A stretch of DNA of 47,752 nt from a virus (Duplodnaviria > Caudoviricetes). Made by a program: the position numbers and the translations under genes. The notes below the pieces were generated by a model, which saw nothing but the letters and a program-made list of their open reading frames with translations, was not told where the DNA came from and made no database searches. The first letter of the stretch is position 1. Each line of letters opens with the position of its first letter. This document shows, piece after piece, positions 32,841 to 41,650 of this stretch. Location of the stretch: the IMG/VR virus record IMGVR_UViG_3300012041_000009, positions 1-47,752 of that record; one strand, given 5' to 3'.

Positions 32841-34640
32841 TCACCGCTCCAGGAACAGCACCGGCAGGGCCACCGCTCGCCCTGGCTGTGGATAGTCAAT
32901 CAGGCCGAGCGATCGCAGCGACCCAAGGTTGTTGAAGTAGCCGCCCGAAGTTGGCGAGACGCCGATCTCCTTGGCGAGCTCGTCCTTCTCGACCGAGTTC
33001 GGATACTCCCGAATCAACGCTTCGACGATGCGCCACTTCGCCGGAGGGAGCTTGGCCGCGATCGCCTCGTGCAGTTCCTCGGTCGTCGACGGCACGCCAT
33101 CCGTGCTCGCGACTGCGGTCCCTGCCTCGGTGAGCGCCACGGTCCCACCGGAGGGATAGTCGATGTACCCCTCCGACCGAAGGCCGCCCAGGTTGTTGAA
33201 GTACCCGCCGCTGGTGGGACTAACGCCCACGATGAGTGCGAGCTGCGTCTTGTCGGCCGGCGCGACGCCGATGCCGTGGAGAAAGGCCAGGCCGTTCAGG
33301 ATCTTCTGCTTCGCCGGCGGGAGCGTGCCGTGACCGTTCGTGCTCACCCGCGCCAGAGGAGCAGGCCTGACGGTTCGCACGTCAGGACGAACCCCGCTCC
33401 CCTGGCCACGCTGCTGCGGTGGTGGGGTATGTCGTGGCGCCGGCGCAACCTGGCGGGTCTTCTCGATCGCGGCCGTGATGCCGTCCACGATTGCGCGCAG
33501 GTCCGTCAGCGGCTTGTCGGTCTTGAGTTCTGCGGCCTCGATGGTCTGCTGCAGCCGGTCGTGATAGCCCATGATGGCCGCGACGGCTCGCTCCACGAGC
33601 TGCTCGGCGCGCTCGAGCTGCCCATCCTTGAGCACCGGAACCTCGACGCGTTCCGCCGTCGTCGGCGCCTGGACGGGTGTGGACTTCAGCTGCTTCTCGA
33701 GCTCGCCGATCCGCTTCCGCAGCTCGCGCGGGTCGTCCGCCTTCGCCTTCTCGATCGTCGCGGCGATCTGCTCCCCGAGCTGCGCCAGGTCCGCCGGCGC
33801 CAGCGTCTTGGGCCTGACCGTCCTACCTTTCCCGCTGGGCGTCACGCTCGCGTCGTACGTGTCTCGCGTGGAGATGTGCACGGGCGTGGCGAGCCGTAGC
33901 CACTGCGGGGACCACACAAGCGCGTGCCCAACCGCGAGCTTGGGCAGCTCCTGAATCATCGCGGCGCCGGCCGTCGTGTTCTCGGACGTCCACCCCGCGA
34001 TCGCCTTCCGCTCCTGGGGCCCGTTCGTCTGGAACGCGAGGAGGACTTCGACCTGATTAAGGACGTCCTTGTTGATCGCCTGTGGTCTCTGCGAAATGAG
34101 CGACGTGCCGATGCCGTAGTTCCGCCCAACCTTCCCGATGTCCTCGAACACGCCCACCATGCGCGCCTCGTCCCCGCGCACGAGCTGTGGCAGGTAGGCT
34201 TGCGCCTCTTCGATGAACAGGTGGCAGGCAGTACGGGCCGTTTTCTTTCGATGGAAGAACTGCTCGGCGAACGCCGTCGCGAACCGGGTGCGCTCGGCCT
34301 TCCGGAAGTGCATCACGTCGAGCACGACCGAGATGTGCCGGTCCACGACCAGATCGGCCATCAGAGCGCCGCTCTCGGGCTTCAGGTCGACGTCGGCGTG
34401 CTCGCCCCCGAAGATGTAGACGTCCGGGAACCCGATGTCCTTACCGTTGGCGGCCAAGCGGAGCGACCACCAGATCCCGACCCAGTCGAGCGCGATGATC
34501 TGCGCGCCGGCGCCGAGGAACAATTCGGCTAGGCGCATCGCGGCGTAGCTCTTCCCGGACCCGCTCCGTCCGATGAAGCCATACTTCTGCGTGACGGCCT
34601 CGTCGCCGGGCAGCTTCAGGGTGTCAGCAAGTCTCAACAT
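32841..34640 (-). CDS. HerA/FtsK-superfamily (DUF87-like) ATPase with tandem C-terminal wHTH domains
   Basis: GRSGSGKS, LFIEEAQ, GRNYGIG...SQRP; duplicated GVSPTSGGYFNNLG.LRS.G.IDYP; start ATG 34640. Confidence 0.85.
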   Translation of the reverse strand: MLRLADTLKLPGDEAVTQKYGFIGRSGSGKSYAAMRLAELFLGAGAQIIALDWVGIWWSLRLAANGKDIGFPDVYIFGGEHADVDLKPESGALMADLVVDRHISVVLDVMHFRKAERTRFATAFAEQFFHRKKTARTACHLFIEEAQAYLPQLVRGDEARMVGVFEDIGKVGRNYGIGTSLISQRPQAINKDVLNQVEVLLAFQTNGPQERKAIAGWTSENTTAGAAMIQELPKLAVGHALVWSPQWLRLATPVHISTRDTYDASVTPSGKGRTVRPKTLAPADLAQLGEQIAATIEKAKADDPRELRKRIGELEKQLKSTPVQAPTTAERVEVPVLKDGQLERAEQLVERAVAAIMGYHDRLQQTIEAAELKTDKPLTDLRAIVDGITAAIEKTRQVAPAPRHTPPPQQRGQGSGVRPDVRTVRPAPLARVSTNGHGTLPPAKQKILNGLAFLHGIGVAPADKTQLALIVGVSPTSGGYFNNLGGLRSEGYIDYPSGGTVALTEAGTAVASTDGVPSTTEELHEAIAAKLPPAKWRIVEALIREYPNSVEKDELAKEIGVSPTSGGYFNNLGSLRSLGLIDYPQPGRAVALPVLFLER

Positions 34641-34879
34641 GCGATCGCAACCTCCGGGCTGATGCGCACGAACCGCAGCCAGTGAACGTCCTCGGTCGTC
34701 AACAGGAAGCCCTCCGGAAAGACCGGCGCGTCCTGCCGCCGCGGCGTGAAGGCGTCGGACCCGCATCGCAAGCACATCAAGTAGGAATCCCTGAACGGCC
34801 CGCTCTCGTAGTGGCGACCAGGCACCAGGGTGCGACCAGCGCCGCACGCGAAGCAGTAGACAGTGCCGGTCATCCTCAC
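34634..34879 (-). CDS. Small zinc-ribbon protein
   Basis: CFAC...CLRC. Confidence 0.55.
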   Translation of the reverse strand: MRMTGTVYCFACGAGRTLVPGRHYESGPFRDSYLMCLRCGSDAFTPRRQDAPVFPEGFLLTTEDVHWLRFVRISPEVAIAC

Positions 34880-35073
34880 CTCGTCAACGGTTTCCGGTGC
34901 CGCTTGATCACCCGGGGATCACGTGTCGGTCGACCCTTCGTGCCAGCCAGCGCCCGGGCGCCAGGCTTGAGCTCGGAGGCCTCGACGATCCGCTGCGCCT
35001 GCGGGAAGCGCCGAGGCACGGAACACACCGGGCATTGCGGATCCGCACACCCTTCGATCGCGCAGCTCGCCAT
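34876..35073 (-). CDS. Small Cys-rich basic protein
   Basis: CAIEGCADPQCPVC; TGATG overlap with the upstream gene. Confidence 0.45.
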   Translation of the reverse strand: MASCAIEGCADPQCPVCSVPRRFPQAQRIVEASELKPGARALAGTKGRPTRDPRVIKRHRKPLTR

Positions 35074-35540
35074 CAGTCGCAGAACTCTCTGCCGTACGCC
35101 TTCCAGTGCAGCCATCCGCGCCGGGTGATGAAGCCCCACTCGCGCCGGTATCGCCACCGGAACACGAGCGTCCACGTCGGCCGCTCCAATTCCAACCGGT
35201 GCCGCCATTCCGCTGGCCGATACAGGACGGAGAACCTCCGTCGCCATGTGCGCCGTTCACCGGCCGCGACAGGGTGCCATTCCCAGTACCCGCCGCTCAG
35301 CAAGATCGTGACGAACGACCAGGGATGATCGTGGAACGCGCGATCCTCGTCGCTCGCCTGCAGGTGATGCAGGTAGATGGCGAACACGGGAGACTCGAAC
35401 AGGTAGTACCTGGTGAGCAACGGCCCGCGCGAGGCGGTGCAGGACCAGATCACGCGCCGACGCGGCCACCCGTGAACAGACTGATCGTGGAAGCTGCCGC
35501 CGTCTGGGCGACGGCCAGCGGTCTGGGTTGTAATTATCAT
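35073..35540 (-). CDS. Cupin-like (cysteine-dioxygenase-like) phage protein
   Basis: IYLHH...SDEDRAFHDHPWSFVTILLSGGYWE...HRLEL...WTLVF...REWGF. Confidence 0.75.
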   Translation of the reverse strand: MIITTQTAGRRPDGGSFHDQSVHGWPRRRVIWSCTASRGPLLTRYYLFESPVFAIYLHHLQASDEDRAFHDHPWSFVTILLSGGYWEWHPVAAGERRTWRRRFSVLYRPAEWRHRLELERPTWTLVFRWRYRREWGFITRRGWLHWKAYGREFCD

Positions 35541-35545
35541 AATAA

Positions 35546-35866
35546 TTACGCCAGCCGGCTCACGCCAGGCAGCCGGCTCGCAATCTTGGTGGCGCTCATC
35601 TCGGGCCGCTTCTGCTCGGCTTCCTGATTCAACTGCTCCCTACTCTTCCCGACCCACCAGGCGTCGCCGCGCTGGGTGGTCGTCGCTGGCTTCTGGACGC
35701 GGTGCGCGGGGTTCTCGCGTCGCGGTCGGCCGACGGGTGCGGCCGGCGGCACGTCAGCCGCATCCGGATCCGCATCGTCGTCGTCCTCGTCGACGGTCTC
35801 GAGATCCTCGAACGACTCATCGGGTTCCTCCGCCTCGTCCAGATCGATCGGCGCCGCGGCGCTCAC
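35546..35866 (-). CDS. Acidic low-complexity hypothetical protein
   Basis: DLDEAEEPDESFEDLETVDEDDDDAD; GTG 35866 with GGAGG upstream. Confidence 0.55.
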   Translation of the reverse strand: MSAAAPIDLDEAEEPDESFEDLETVDEDDDDADPDAADVPPAAPVGRPRRENPAHRVQKPATTTQRGDAWWVGKSREQLNQEAEQKRPEMSATKIASRLPGVSRLA

Positions 35867-35870
35867 CAGG

Positions 35871-36303
35871 TCAGGGCGCCTCCTTCGCCGGCTTCTTCCC
35901 AGCTGCACCGAGGTGCCACTTGCTCGACGCGGTGGCGCCGACCCGGTGGATGCGCCCACTCTTGGCCAGCAGCTTCAGCGCCGCCTTGACGAAGTAGACC
36001 GAGCGCTTCACGGCGTCACCGAGCGCCTTCGTGCTCAAGGGCCCCTTCGCCTGCAACTGCGCGAGGATCTGCTGACCGAGCGTGTCGGCGGCGCCGTCGA
36101 CGTCAGGGGCCGCGGTCATCGGCGGGCGCCCCACGCCCCTCCGCGCGACGACGGGCTGAGAACGCCCCCCCCCCCGCACTTTTCCGCATCGTGCTCGCCA
36201 CGGCGGCGCCGGTGTTCAACGCGCGCAGCGTGTCGATCGCCGCGGTGAGCTGGTCGCGCTGGCGCTCCATCTCGGTGATGGCGGCCGCGATCGTGTCGTT
36301 CAT
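35871..36303 (-). CDS. Coiled-coil plus winged-helix protein split by a frameshift at a G11 tract
   Basis: ORF 36103-36303 (coiled-coil) and ORF 35871-36179 (ILAQLQAKGPLSTKALGDAV...LAKSGRI) meet at C11, 36165-36175. Confidence 0.6.
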
Positions 36304-36914
36304 GCTGCTGACTCCCTGGCGAGCTCGTCGCGCTCGCGCTTCGTGACTACCTCAACGCCCGGCCGGCAGAGCCCGCCGCCGCACTTGTCCCAGATCAACC
36401 AGGCCGCCGAGACCGAATCCGTCTTGCCGTTGCCGCGGAAATCGTGCCGCGGCATCACGATCAGGCGCGTCGGCGGATGGAGCTGCAGCCATGGACCCCG
36501 CTCCTCCGTCGGCTCCAGCCAGGAGAGCCGGAGCAGAAGGATCAGGCCGACGTCGACGGCCTCGAGGGCCTGCGCTGCAATGTCGAAGGCCTGGTCGAAG
36601 GGCGGATTCGTCACGCAGACCGACAGCCGTCCCGTCAGCCGAAATGCGTCCCACGTCGTACCCTGTCGGGCATCGAGCGTGAACTCCGGGATCGCCGGCG
36701 GTCGGATGACGATGTCGTTCGTCAGGACGTCGAGGCCGGCCGGCAGCTCGCGCACGATCGCCCCGTCGCCGCAGCACGGCTCGACCAGGCGCGCGCCAGC
36801 CCACGTCAGCTGCACGCGCCGGCGGAGCGCTCGCGTCATGAAAGAAGGCGTTGGGTAGAAGTCCTCAGACCGGCGCGCCGAGGGATCGACGTCGAGCATA
36901 GACGGCTGGCTCAC
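36300..36914 (-). CDS. Orphan DNA amino-methyltransferase (N6A/N4C)
   Basis: DFYPTP, EPCCGDG (motif I), TNPPF (motif IV). Confidence 0.85.
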   Translation of the reverse strand: MSQPSMLDVDPSARRSEDFYPTPSFMTRALRRRVQLTWAGARLVEPCCGDGAIVRELPAGLDVLTNDIVIRPPAIPEFTLDARQGTTWDAFRLTGRLSVCVTNPPFDQAFDIAAQALEAVDVGLILLLRLSWLEPTEERGPWLQLHPPTRLIVMPRHDFRGNGKTDSVSAAWLIWDKCGGGLCRPGVEVVTKRERDELARESAA

Positions 36915-37156
36915 GATGCGCAGCCCTCGAGCGACGCCGCATCAACGGCCCGCTCGATCCACCGCGGTGGCAGGCCCGGCGCGACCGGGCAGTTGAACCG
37001 GATCCGGACACGCGTCGGCGTCATCCCGATGACCGCGGCAGAGACGCGGCCGTCTGGCTCCACCGCGGGCTCGTAGCCATACGTCCCCTTCCCCGGGCGG
37101 TAGCGGACGCGCTGCCCCACCACGAACGCCGACGGATCACCTTGAGGCCTGGCCAT
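36911..37156 (-). CDS. Hypothetical protein (SH3/KOW-like)
   Basis: FVVGQRVRY...VIGMTPTRVRIRF. Confidence 0.55.
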   Translation of the reverse strand: MARPQGDPSAFVVGQRVRYRPGKGTYGYEPAVEPDGRVSAAVIGMTPTRVRIRFNCPVAPGLPPRWIERAVDAASLEGCAS

Positions 37157-37165
37157 GACTACCGC

Positions 37166-37627
37166 CTACCGCTTCTTCCCAGCGGCCTTCTTCTTGGCCT
37201 TCGCCGGCGTCTTCGCTTCAGGTGGAGCCGTTCTCGGCCGCCCGCGCAGCTTCTTCGCGAGCATTGGCCCGTACACGCCGGCGGCGTCGTCTGGATGGGT
37301 GTCCTCGTCGAGGAAGTAGAGCGCCAGCAGGCACTCCTCCTGCTTCGTCACGAGGAACGGCCGCAGAGACTCCAGGACGCGCCGAAGGTTACGCATCTCG
37401 CAATACCAGCGAAATGCTGGCTTCCGTGGCGGCCGCGGCGTTGTCGATCGAATGATGCCGGCAGCGACGGACCGCTGGAACATCTCAACGCTCCGCATGT
37501 CCGTCATGACCAGCCGAAGGTTCAGGCGAAGCCTCGGTTCGGGCCGGCTCTGTCGATGGATTGATATTGAGCCCTCTCCATCGAACAGACCGGCTGCCCA
37601 GGCGAGCTGGACAGGGCTGGGCTTCAT
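37166..37627 (-). CDS. LAGLIDADG homing-endonuclease-like protein
   Basis: LAWAAGLFDGEGSISI...LRPFLVTK. Confidence 0.8.
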   Translation of the reverse strand: MKPSPVQLAWAAGLFDGEGSISIHRQSRPEPRLRLNLRLVMTDMRSVEMFQRSVAAGIIRSTTPRPPRKPAFRWYCEMRNLRRVLESLRPFLVTKQEECLLALYFLDEDTHPDDAAGVYGPMLAKKLRGRPRTAPPEAKTPAKAKKKAAGKKR

Positions 37628-39144
37628 CGCGCCGATCCCTTCTTCGCGCCCTTCGAACGCTCGGCCCAGTACTTCTTCATGCGGTCCGAGATGGCCTTCC
37701 TGTCCTTCGGCGTTTTCTTCGTCGCCGGCGCGGCAGCCTTCTTCGCCGCCGCCTTCTTCTCGGCCGAGACCTGCGCGTCCAGCTTCTTCAGGTCCACCTT
37801 GAATGGCGCCAGCGCCGCGGCGAATCGACTGGTTACGCCGGCATGTGATTGCTCCGCCAGCGCGATGAACGCGATCGCCGCCGCGATCTTGGCGTCCGGG
37901 ATGGTCCGGATCTGGTCGTCCGAGACCGAGTAGTGCTTCAGGGTCAACCCCGCGACCTCGGTGAGCGCCCGCTGCATGGCCGCGTCTACGATGTTGGCGC
38001 CGCGGGCGATCTCGCCGAGCACCAGGCGCCCGAGCCTTGGGTTGATGTCGGTGGGAGAGACGGCCTTCACCGCGGCGACCAGCGCCCGCACGACCACGAT
38101 GTTCTGCCGCTCCCGCGCCGCCTTCTCGCGCGCGGCCGCGGCGAGCTCGCGCTGCCGGCGTGCCGCCGCCTTCTTCTTCTCCTCAGGCGTCACCGTCGTC
38201 CGCGTCGACGTCGACTCGTACGTCGGCCGCCGCTGTGTATGGGTAGGGCACTTCGGCGTGACGCAGACGGTGAGGACCTGGCCGCGGCGATCGCCCAGGA
38301 CCACCACGCCCTGCACGGCGCAGGCCTCCTTCGCCTTCGCCTCACGCCAGCTGTTGTTCGAGAGGATCGCCGGCGCGCCCTTCTTCTTCAGCGTGGGCAC
38401 CTGCCAGGTGTCCGCCAGATGCACCAGCGTCGTGCCGGCGCCGGCCGCCTTCGCCGCGGCGGTAGCCACCTCGGGGAAGAGCTCGGCGGTCTCGGCGGCG
38501 TCGACTTCGATGGCGACGGTTTGGCGCACCCACTCCTCGAGCTCGTGAATGGGGTTCAGGACCTTCTCGTGTGCGCCCGACCTCCACAGGTTGTCGAAGC
38601 ACTCGGCGAGTGCCTTCGCCTGCAGCGCTGAATCCAGTCGCGCGATGATCTGCGCGTGCCCGGCCGTGATGCGATCCTCCAGGAACGCCGCGCGGACGTC
38701 CTCGATCAGCCGCAGGAGCGTCAACCGGTCCTTGATCGCCCGCTCCGACTTCCCGAGCTTCGCGGCGACGGCGGCCGCCGTGTAGGCCTTGTCCGCCTTC
38801 ATCAGGCGCTCGATGCCGAGCGCTTCGTCCAGCGGGTGGATGTCGTGGCGCTGCAGGTTCTCGAGAATGGCGAGCTCGATGGCGACGGCGTCCGAGGCCT
38901 CGCGCACCGTCACCGGCACCGTGGCCAGACCGACGGTCTTCGCCGCCCGGAAGCGCCTGGCGCCGGCGATGATCTGATAGTGGCCGTTCAGCGCCCGCAC
39001 GACGAGCGGCTCGATGATGCCGTTGGCCTTGACGCTCGCGGCCAGGCCCTCCATGTCGCCCCAGTGGCGACGGGGGTTGTTCGGGAACTCCCGGAGCTGC
39101 TCGAGCGCGAGCTCGGGCTGCGGGGCGACAGGGATCAGGCTCAT
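37624..39144 (-). CDS. parB: ParB/RepB/Spo0J-family protein
   Basis: PNNPRR, GIIEPLVVR, IIAGARRFRAA, ENLQRHDIHPLDEA, then an HTH. Confidence 0.9.
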   Translation of the reverse strand: MSLIPVAPQPELALEQLREFPNNPRRHWGDMEGLAASVKANGIIEPLVVRALNGHYQIIAGARRFRAAKTVGLATVPVTVREASDAVAIELAILENLQRHDIHPLDEALGIERLMKADKAYTAAAVAAKLGKSERAIKDRLTLLRLIEDVRAAFLEDRITAGHAQIIARLDSALQAKALAECFDNLWRSGAHEKVLNPIHELEEWVRQTVAIEVDAAETAELFPEVATAAAKAAGAGTTLVHLADTWQVPTLKKKGAPAILSNNSWREAKAKEACAVQGVVVLGDRRGQVLTVCVTPKCPTHTQRRPTYESTSTRTTVTPEEKKKAAARRQRELAAAAREKAARERQNIVVVRALVAAVKAVSPTDINPRLGRLVLGEIARGANIVDAAMQRALTEVAGLTLKHYSVSDDQIRTIPDAKIAAAIAFIALAEQSHAGVTSRFAAALAPFKVDLKKLDAQVSAEKKAAAKKAAAPATKKTPKDRKAISDRMKKYWAERSKGAKKGSAR

Positions 39145-39171
39145 GGGTCAGAAGCTCCTGGGTGGAAAGCT

Positions 39172-39202
39172 GAATACCGAATGCCGAATGCCGAATCGAA
39201 TC
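39172..39202. repeat. Short heptamer tandem repeat (GAATRCC)n
   Basis: gaataccgaatgccgaatgccgaatcgaatc in the intergenic space upstream of parB. Confidence 0.7.
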
Positions 39203-39743
39203 AGTGCGCCGTCGCGCCGGCGCCGCTCGAGCGCACCGGCTTCGCATCCTTCGACTGCCGGCGCGCGTCCTTCTCGACCTCGTCGAACAGGCCCGGCGTG
39301 GCGTTCCCGGTCGTGATGAAGCGGGCCTTCGTGTAGCAGTCGACAATCTGCGCGAGCTGGTGCTCGTTCTCCGGCGCCAGCGTGGCCGTGAACACCATCC
39401 GCCAGGTCGAGGTCTTCTTCGACCGGCGCGCGTGGAAGGGTCCGATCTTCGCCTCGTCGATGACGAACGAGGCCTCGCCCTGGTCGGGCGCCATGCGGAC
39501 TGCGATCTGCTGCGGCCGGATCGGGAGCCGGAAGGTCGCGCCCCCGAGCTTGCTGGTCACCTCGGCGTCGGTGGCCGTGAAGAGCATGCGCCGTACGAAC
39601 TCGTCGAGCTCCTTGGCCAGCTCCTTGGTGAACGGGCTGATCTCGAACGTGATCTCGACGAGGCCGATCTCGGCGTTGTCCTTCGTCATCGTGCGGTGCT
39701 TGATGTCGGCGAATCTCACAGGGACGTGCTCGCGGTCGAACAT
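39201..39743 (-). CDS. Hypothetical protein
   Basis: ATG 39743 with AAGGAG SD; globular composition. Confidence 0.7.
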   Translation of the reverse strand: MFDREHVPVRFADIKHRTMTKDNAEIGLVEITFEISPFTKELAKELDEFVRRMLFTATDAEVTSKLGGATFRLPIRPQQIAVRMAPDQGEASFVIDEAKIGPFHARRSKKTSTWRMVFTATLAPENEHQLAQIVDCYTKARFITTGNATPGLFDEVEKDARRQSKDAKPVRSSGAGATAH

Positions 39744-39760
39744 CTGAAACCTCTCCTTCT

Positions 39761-40288
39761 CTAGAACCCCAGCTCGCGCTCGAGCGTTGATGGCGACACC
39801 GGCTCCGGCCGTGGGCCGCTTCGTTTCGGCACGATCTCGGTGACCGTGACCCTGGCGCCCGAGGCGCCGGCGACGTAGCACTTCCGGGCGGCGATCGTCA
39901 CGACCTGGCTGTCGTCCTTGAACAGCACACCGGTCAGCGCATCCTCGGCGCCGCGCACCAGTTTCGAGAGGTCGGGCTTCGTGGTCATGTCCGGGCGCTT
40001 CTTCACCGACACGCTCTTCGGGCGCGAGAACCAGAATTCGATCTCGAGGACGACCGCCTCCGTGAAGAACTGCTCCCCCGCCACCCGCTGCGCCGCATCC
40101 CGCACGGCGCCCTCCCAGGACTTGAGCGCCTTGCTGTTGTCGGCGACGACGATGGCGCGCGGTTTGTGCCCGGCCTTCATCGCCACGAACCCACGGGCGG
40201 ACCCCTTGGGCTTCGGGATCCCGAAGACCTGGAAGCTCACGGAGCGCGGCACCTCGAGCGGCAGCGCCGGCGCGGGCAGTGAACTCAT
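39761..40288 (-). CDS. rusA: RusA-family Holliday junction resolvase
   Basis: GIPKPKGS...KPDLSKLVRGAEDALTGVLFKDDSQVV. Confidence 0.9.
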   Translation of the reverse strand: MSSLPAPALPLEVPRSVSFQVFGIPKPKGSARGFVAMKAGHKPRAIVVADNSKALKSWEGAVRDAAQRVAGEQFFTEAVVLEIEFWFSRPKSVSVKKRPDMTTKPDLSKLVRGAEDALTGVLFKDDSQVVTIAARKCYVAGASGARVTVTEIVPKRSGPRPEPVSPSTLERELGF

Positions 40289-40587
40289 TCGCGTTCTCCG
40301 GTCTGTCGCCGCTTGTAGTCGGCCTGGGCCCGCCTGGCGAGCTCGCCCGCTGTCACGAACCCGTGACCCAGGCGCTCCGTCTGCATCGGCAGCGACGGCT
40401 GTGGAACCACGAGAGACGCAGTGCCCACATCCGCCGGTGGTTGTTCACCGAACCGCTCTCGCATGCACTCCTCGCAGCGCACCAGGCCCGAGCTAAAGGT
40501 CGCGTACGTCTGCCCTGCTCCGATGGCTCGGTCGCACCAGCCACAAGGCGAGACCAGCCCGTTCGGCGGCACGATCGACCACGTCAT
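40285..40587 (-). CDS. Zinc-finger hypothetical protein
   Basis: CGWC...CEEC; ATGA overlaps. Confidence 0.55.
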   Translation of the reverse strand: MTWSIVPPNGLVSPCGWCDRAIGAGQTYATFSSGLVRCEECMRERFGEQPPADVGTASLVVPQPSLPMQTERLGHGFVTAGELARRAQADYKRRQTGERE

Positions 40588-41483
40588 GACGCGGCCTGCT
40601 TCAGCGGAAACCGATCCGGATTCGCCAACCTGAACGAGCACATCCGATGCTGATGGCACGGCTCGACGTGGGGACACCGCCAGGCATCACCGGTTGTGGT
40701 CGCTGCCGCTAGACGCTCGGCCGGTGTCGGCCCTGACCGCTGCGGCATCGCAGCTCGTCCAGAGTCCACCGTCCGCGTCAGCCAGTTCACCAGGAACCGC
40801 GCCATGCCCTTGTCCGTCTTCCGTCGCCCTGGATTGACCCGTAGCCACGCCAACGCCGCACGGCACTGCGCCAGGATGTCCAAGCCCGGAAACGACGTCG
40901 CCCACTCGGCCACCTGGGCCTCGAGGAGCTGCCACGTCTTCCCGCCCGTTCCCACGACGGGGAACTCGAGCACGACACGGGCCTCAGAAAGCCCTCGTAT
41001 CGCCGGCTCGGAGTCGCGCAGCGGCTCCGGGCTGATCTCTCTCCCTTTCCCTTCCGTTCCTTTCCCTTCCGTTCCTTTCCCTTCCGTTCCTACGCTCTGC
41101 GCAGTGACGAGTCCGTCACTGTCCAGTGACGCGCCTGTCTCTCCCGGCGCATCTACTTGAGGCGGAGGGATTTGGCTCTCTGGCTCGTCATCGCGCGGTC
41201 GCTGGTGCTTGGCGAATGAACGGATTTGCAGATAGCCGCGACCGTCCGGTCCGACGTACCGCCTGATGAACCCGGCGGCCGCCAGGCTCCTCAGCGCGTC
41301 GTCGAATTCCACGTTGTCGTACGGCAGAATCTGCACCTTCAACCTCGCCGGCCGATCTTCCAGTCGACCCGCCTTGTCCGCGTGACACCACAACCCTTGA
41401 AACGCCAACCGGAGCAACGCGGGCAGCGCCGCGATCTGCTCGTCCGTGAAGAACTCTGGTTTGATGCTCCGAATCCGGGCCAT
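40584..41483 (-). CDS. Phage replication initiator (replisome-organiser-like)
   Basis: MARIRSIKPEFF...LWCHADKAGR...FAKHQ N-terminus; MARFLVNWL C-terminal domain. Confidence 0.85.
   Translation of the reverse strand: MARIRSIKPEFFTDEQIAALPALLRLAFQGLWCHADKAGRLEDRPARLKVQILPYDNVEFDDALRSLAAAGFIRRYVGPDGRGYLQIRSFAKHQRPRDDEPESQIPPPQVDAPGETGASLDSDGLVTAQSVGTEGKGTEGKGTEGKGREISPEPLRDSEPAIRGLSEARVVLEFPVVGTGGKTWQLLEAQVAEWATSFPGLDILAQCRAALAWLRVNPGRRKTDKGMARFLVNWLTRTVDSGRAAMPQRSGPTPAERLAAATTTGDAWRCPHVEPCHQHRMCSFRLANPDRFPLKQAAS
41046..41090. repeat. 3 x 15-bp direct repeat TTTCCCTTCCGTTCC (candidate origin iterons; encodes GTEGK x3)
   Basis: Exact tandem repeat in the linker of the initiator gene. Confidence 0.7.
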
Positions 41484-41498
41484 CGGTCTCGGCCGGTC

Positions 41499-41633
41499 CT
41501 ACTTCGTCGCCGACACCGCGACCCGCTGGCCGAAGATCTTCAGCAACCGGAGCTTCTCCGTGAGCGTCGCGCGCTGATACTTCGTCCGTCGCTTCGACCA
41601 CTTCCGCTGTGCTGCCAGTCCCATTGGAGACAT
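41499..41633 (-). CDS. Small basic protein (44 aa, MSPMGLAAQRKWSKRRTKYQRATLTEKLRLLKIFGQRVAVSATK)
   Basis: Translated by hand; paralog of 1347-1466. Confidence 0.6.
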   Translation of the reverse strand: MSPMGLAAQRKWSKRRTKYQRATLTEKLRLLKIFGQRVAVSATK

Positions 41634-41650
41634 CCCTTCGGTATCGACGC

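Noticed and set aside
32679-32844. Possible frameshifted CPLCG mini-gene upstream of 32464-32679
   Set aside because: The Cys-containing frame has no convincing start or SD; too short to support a call
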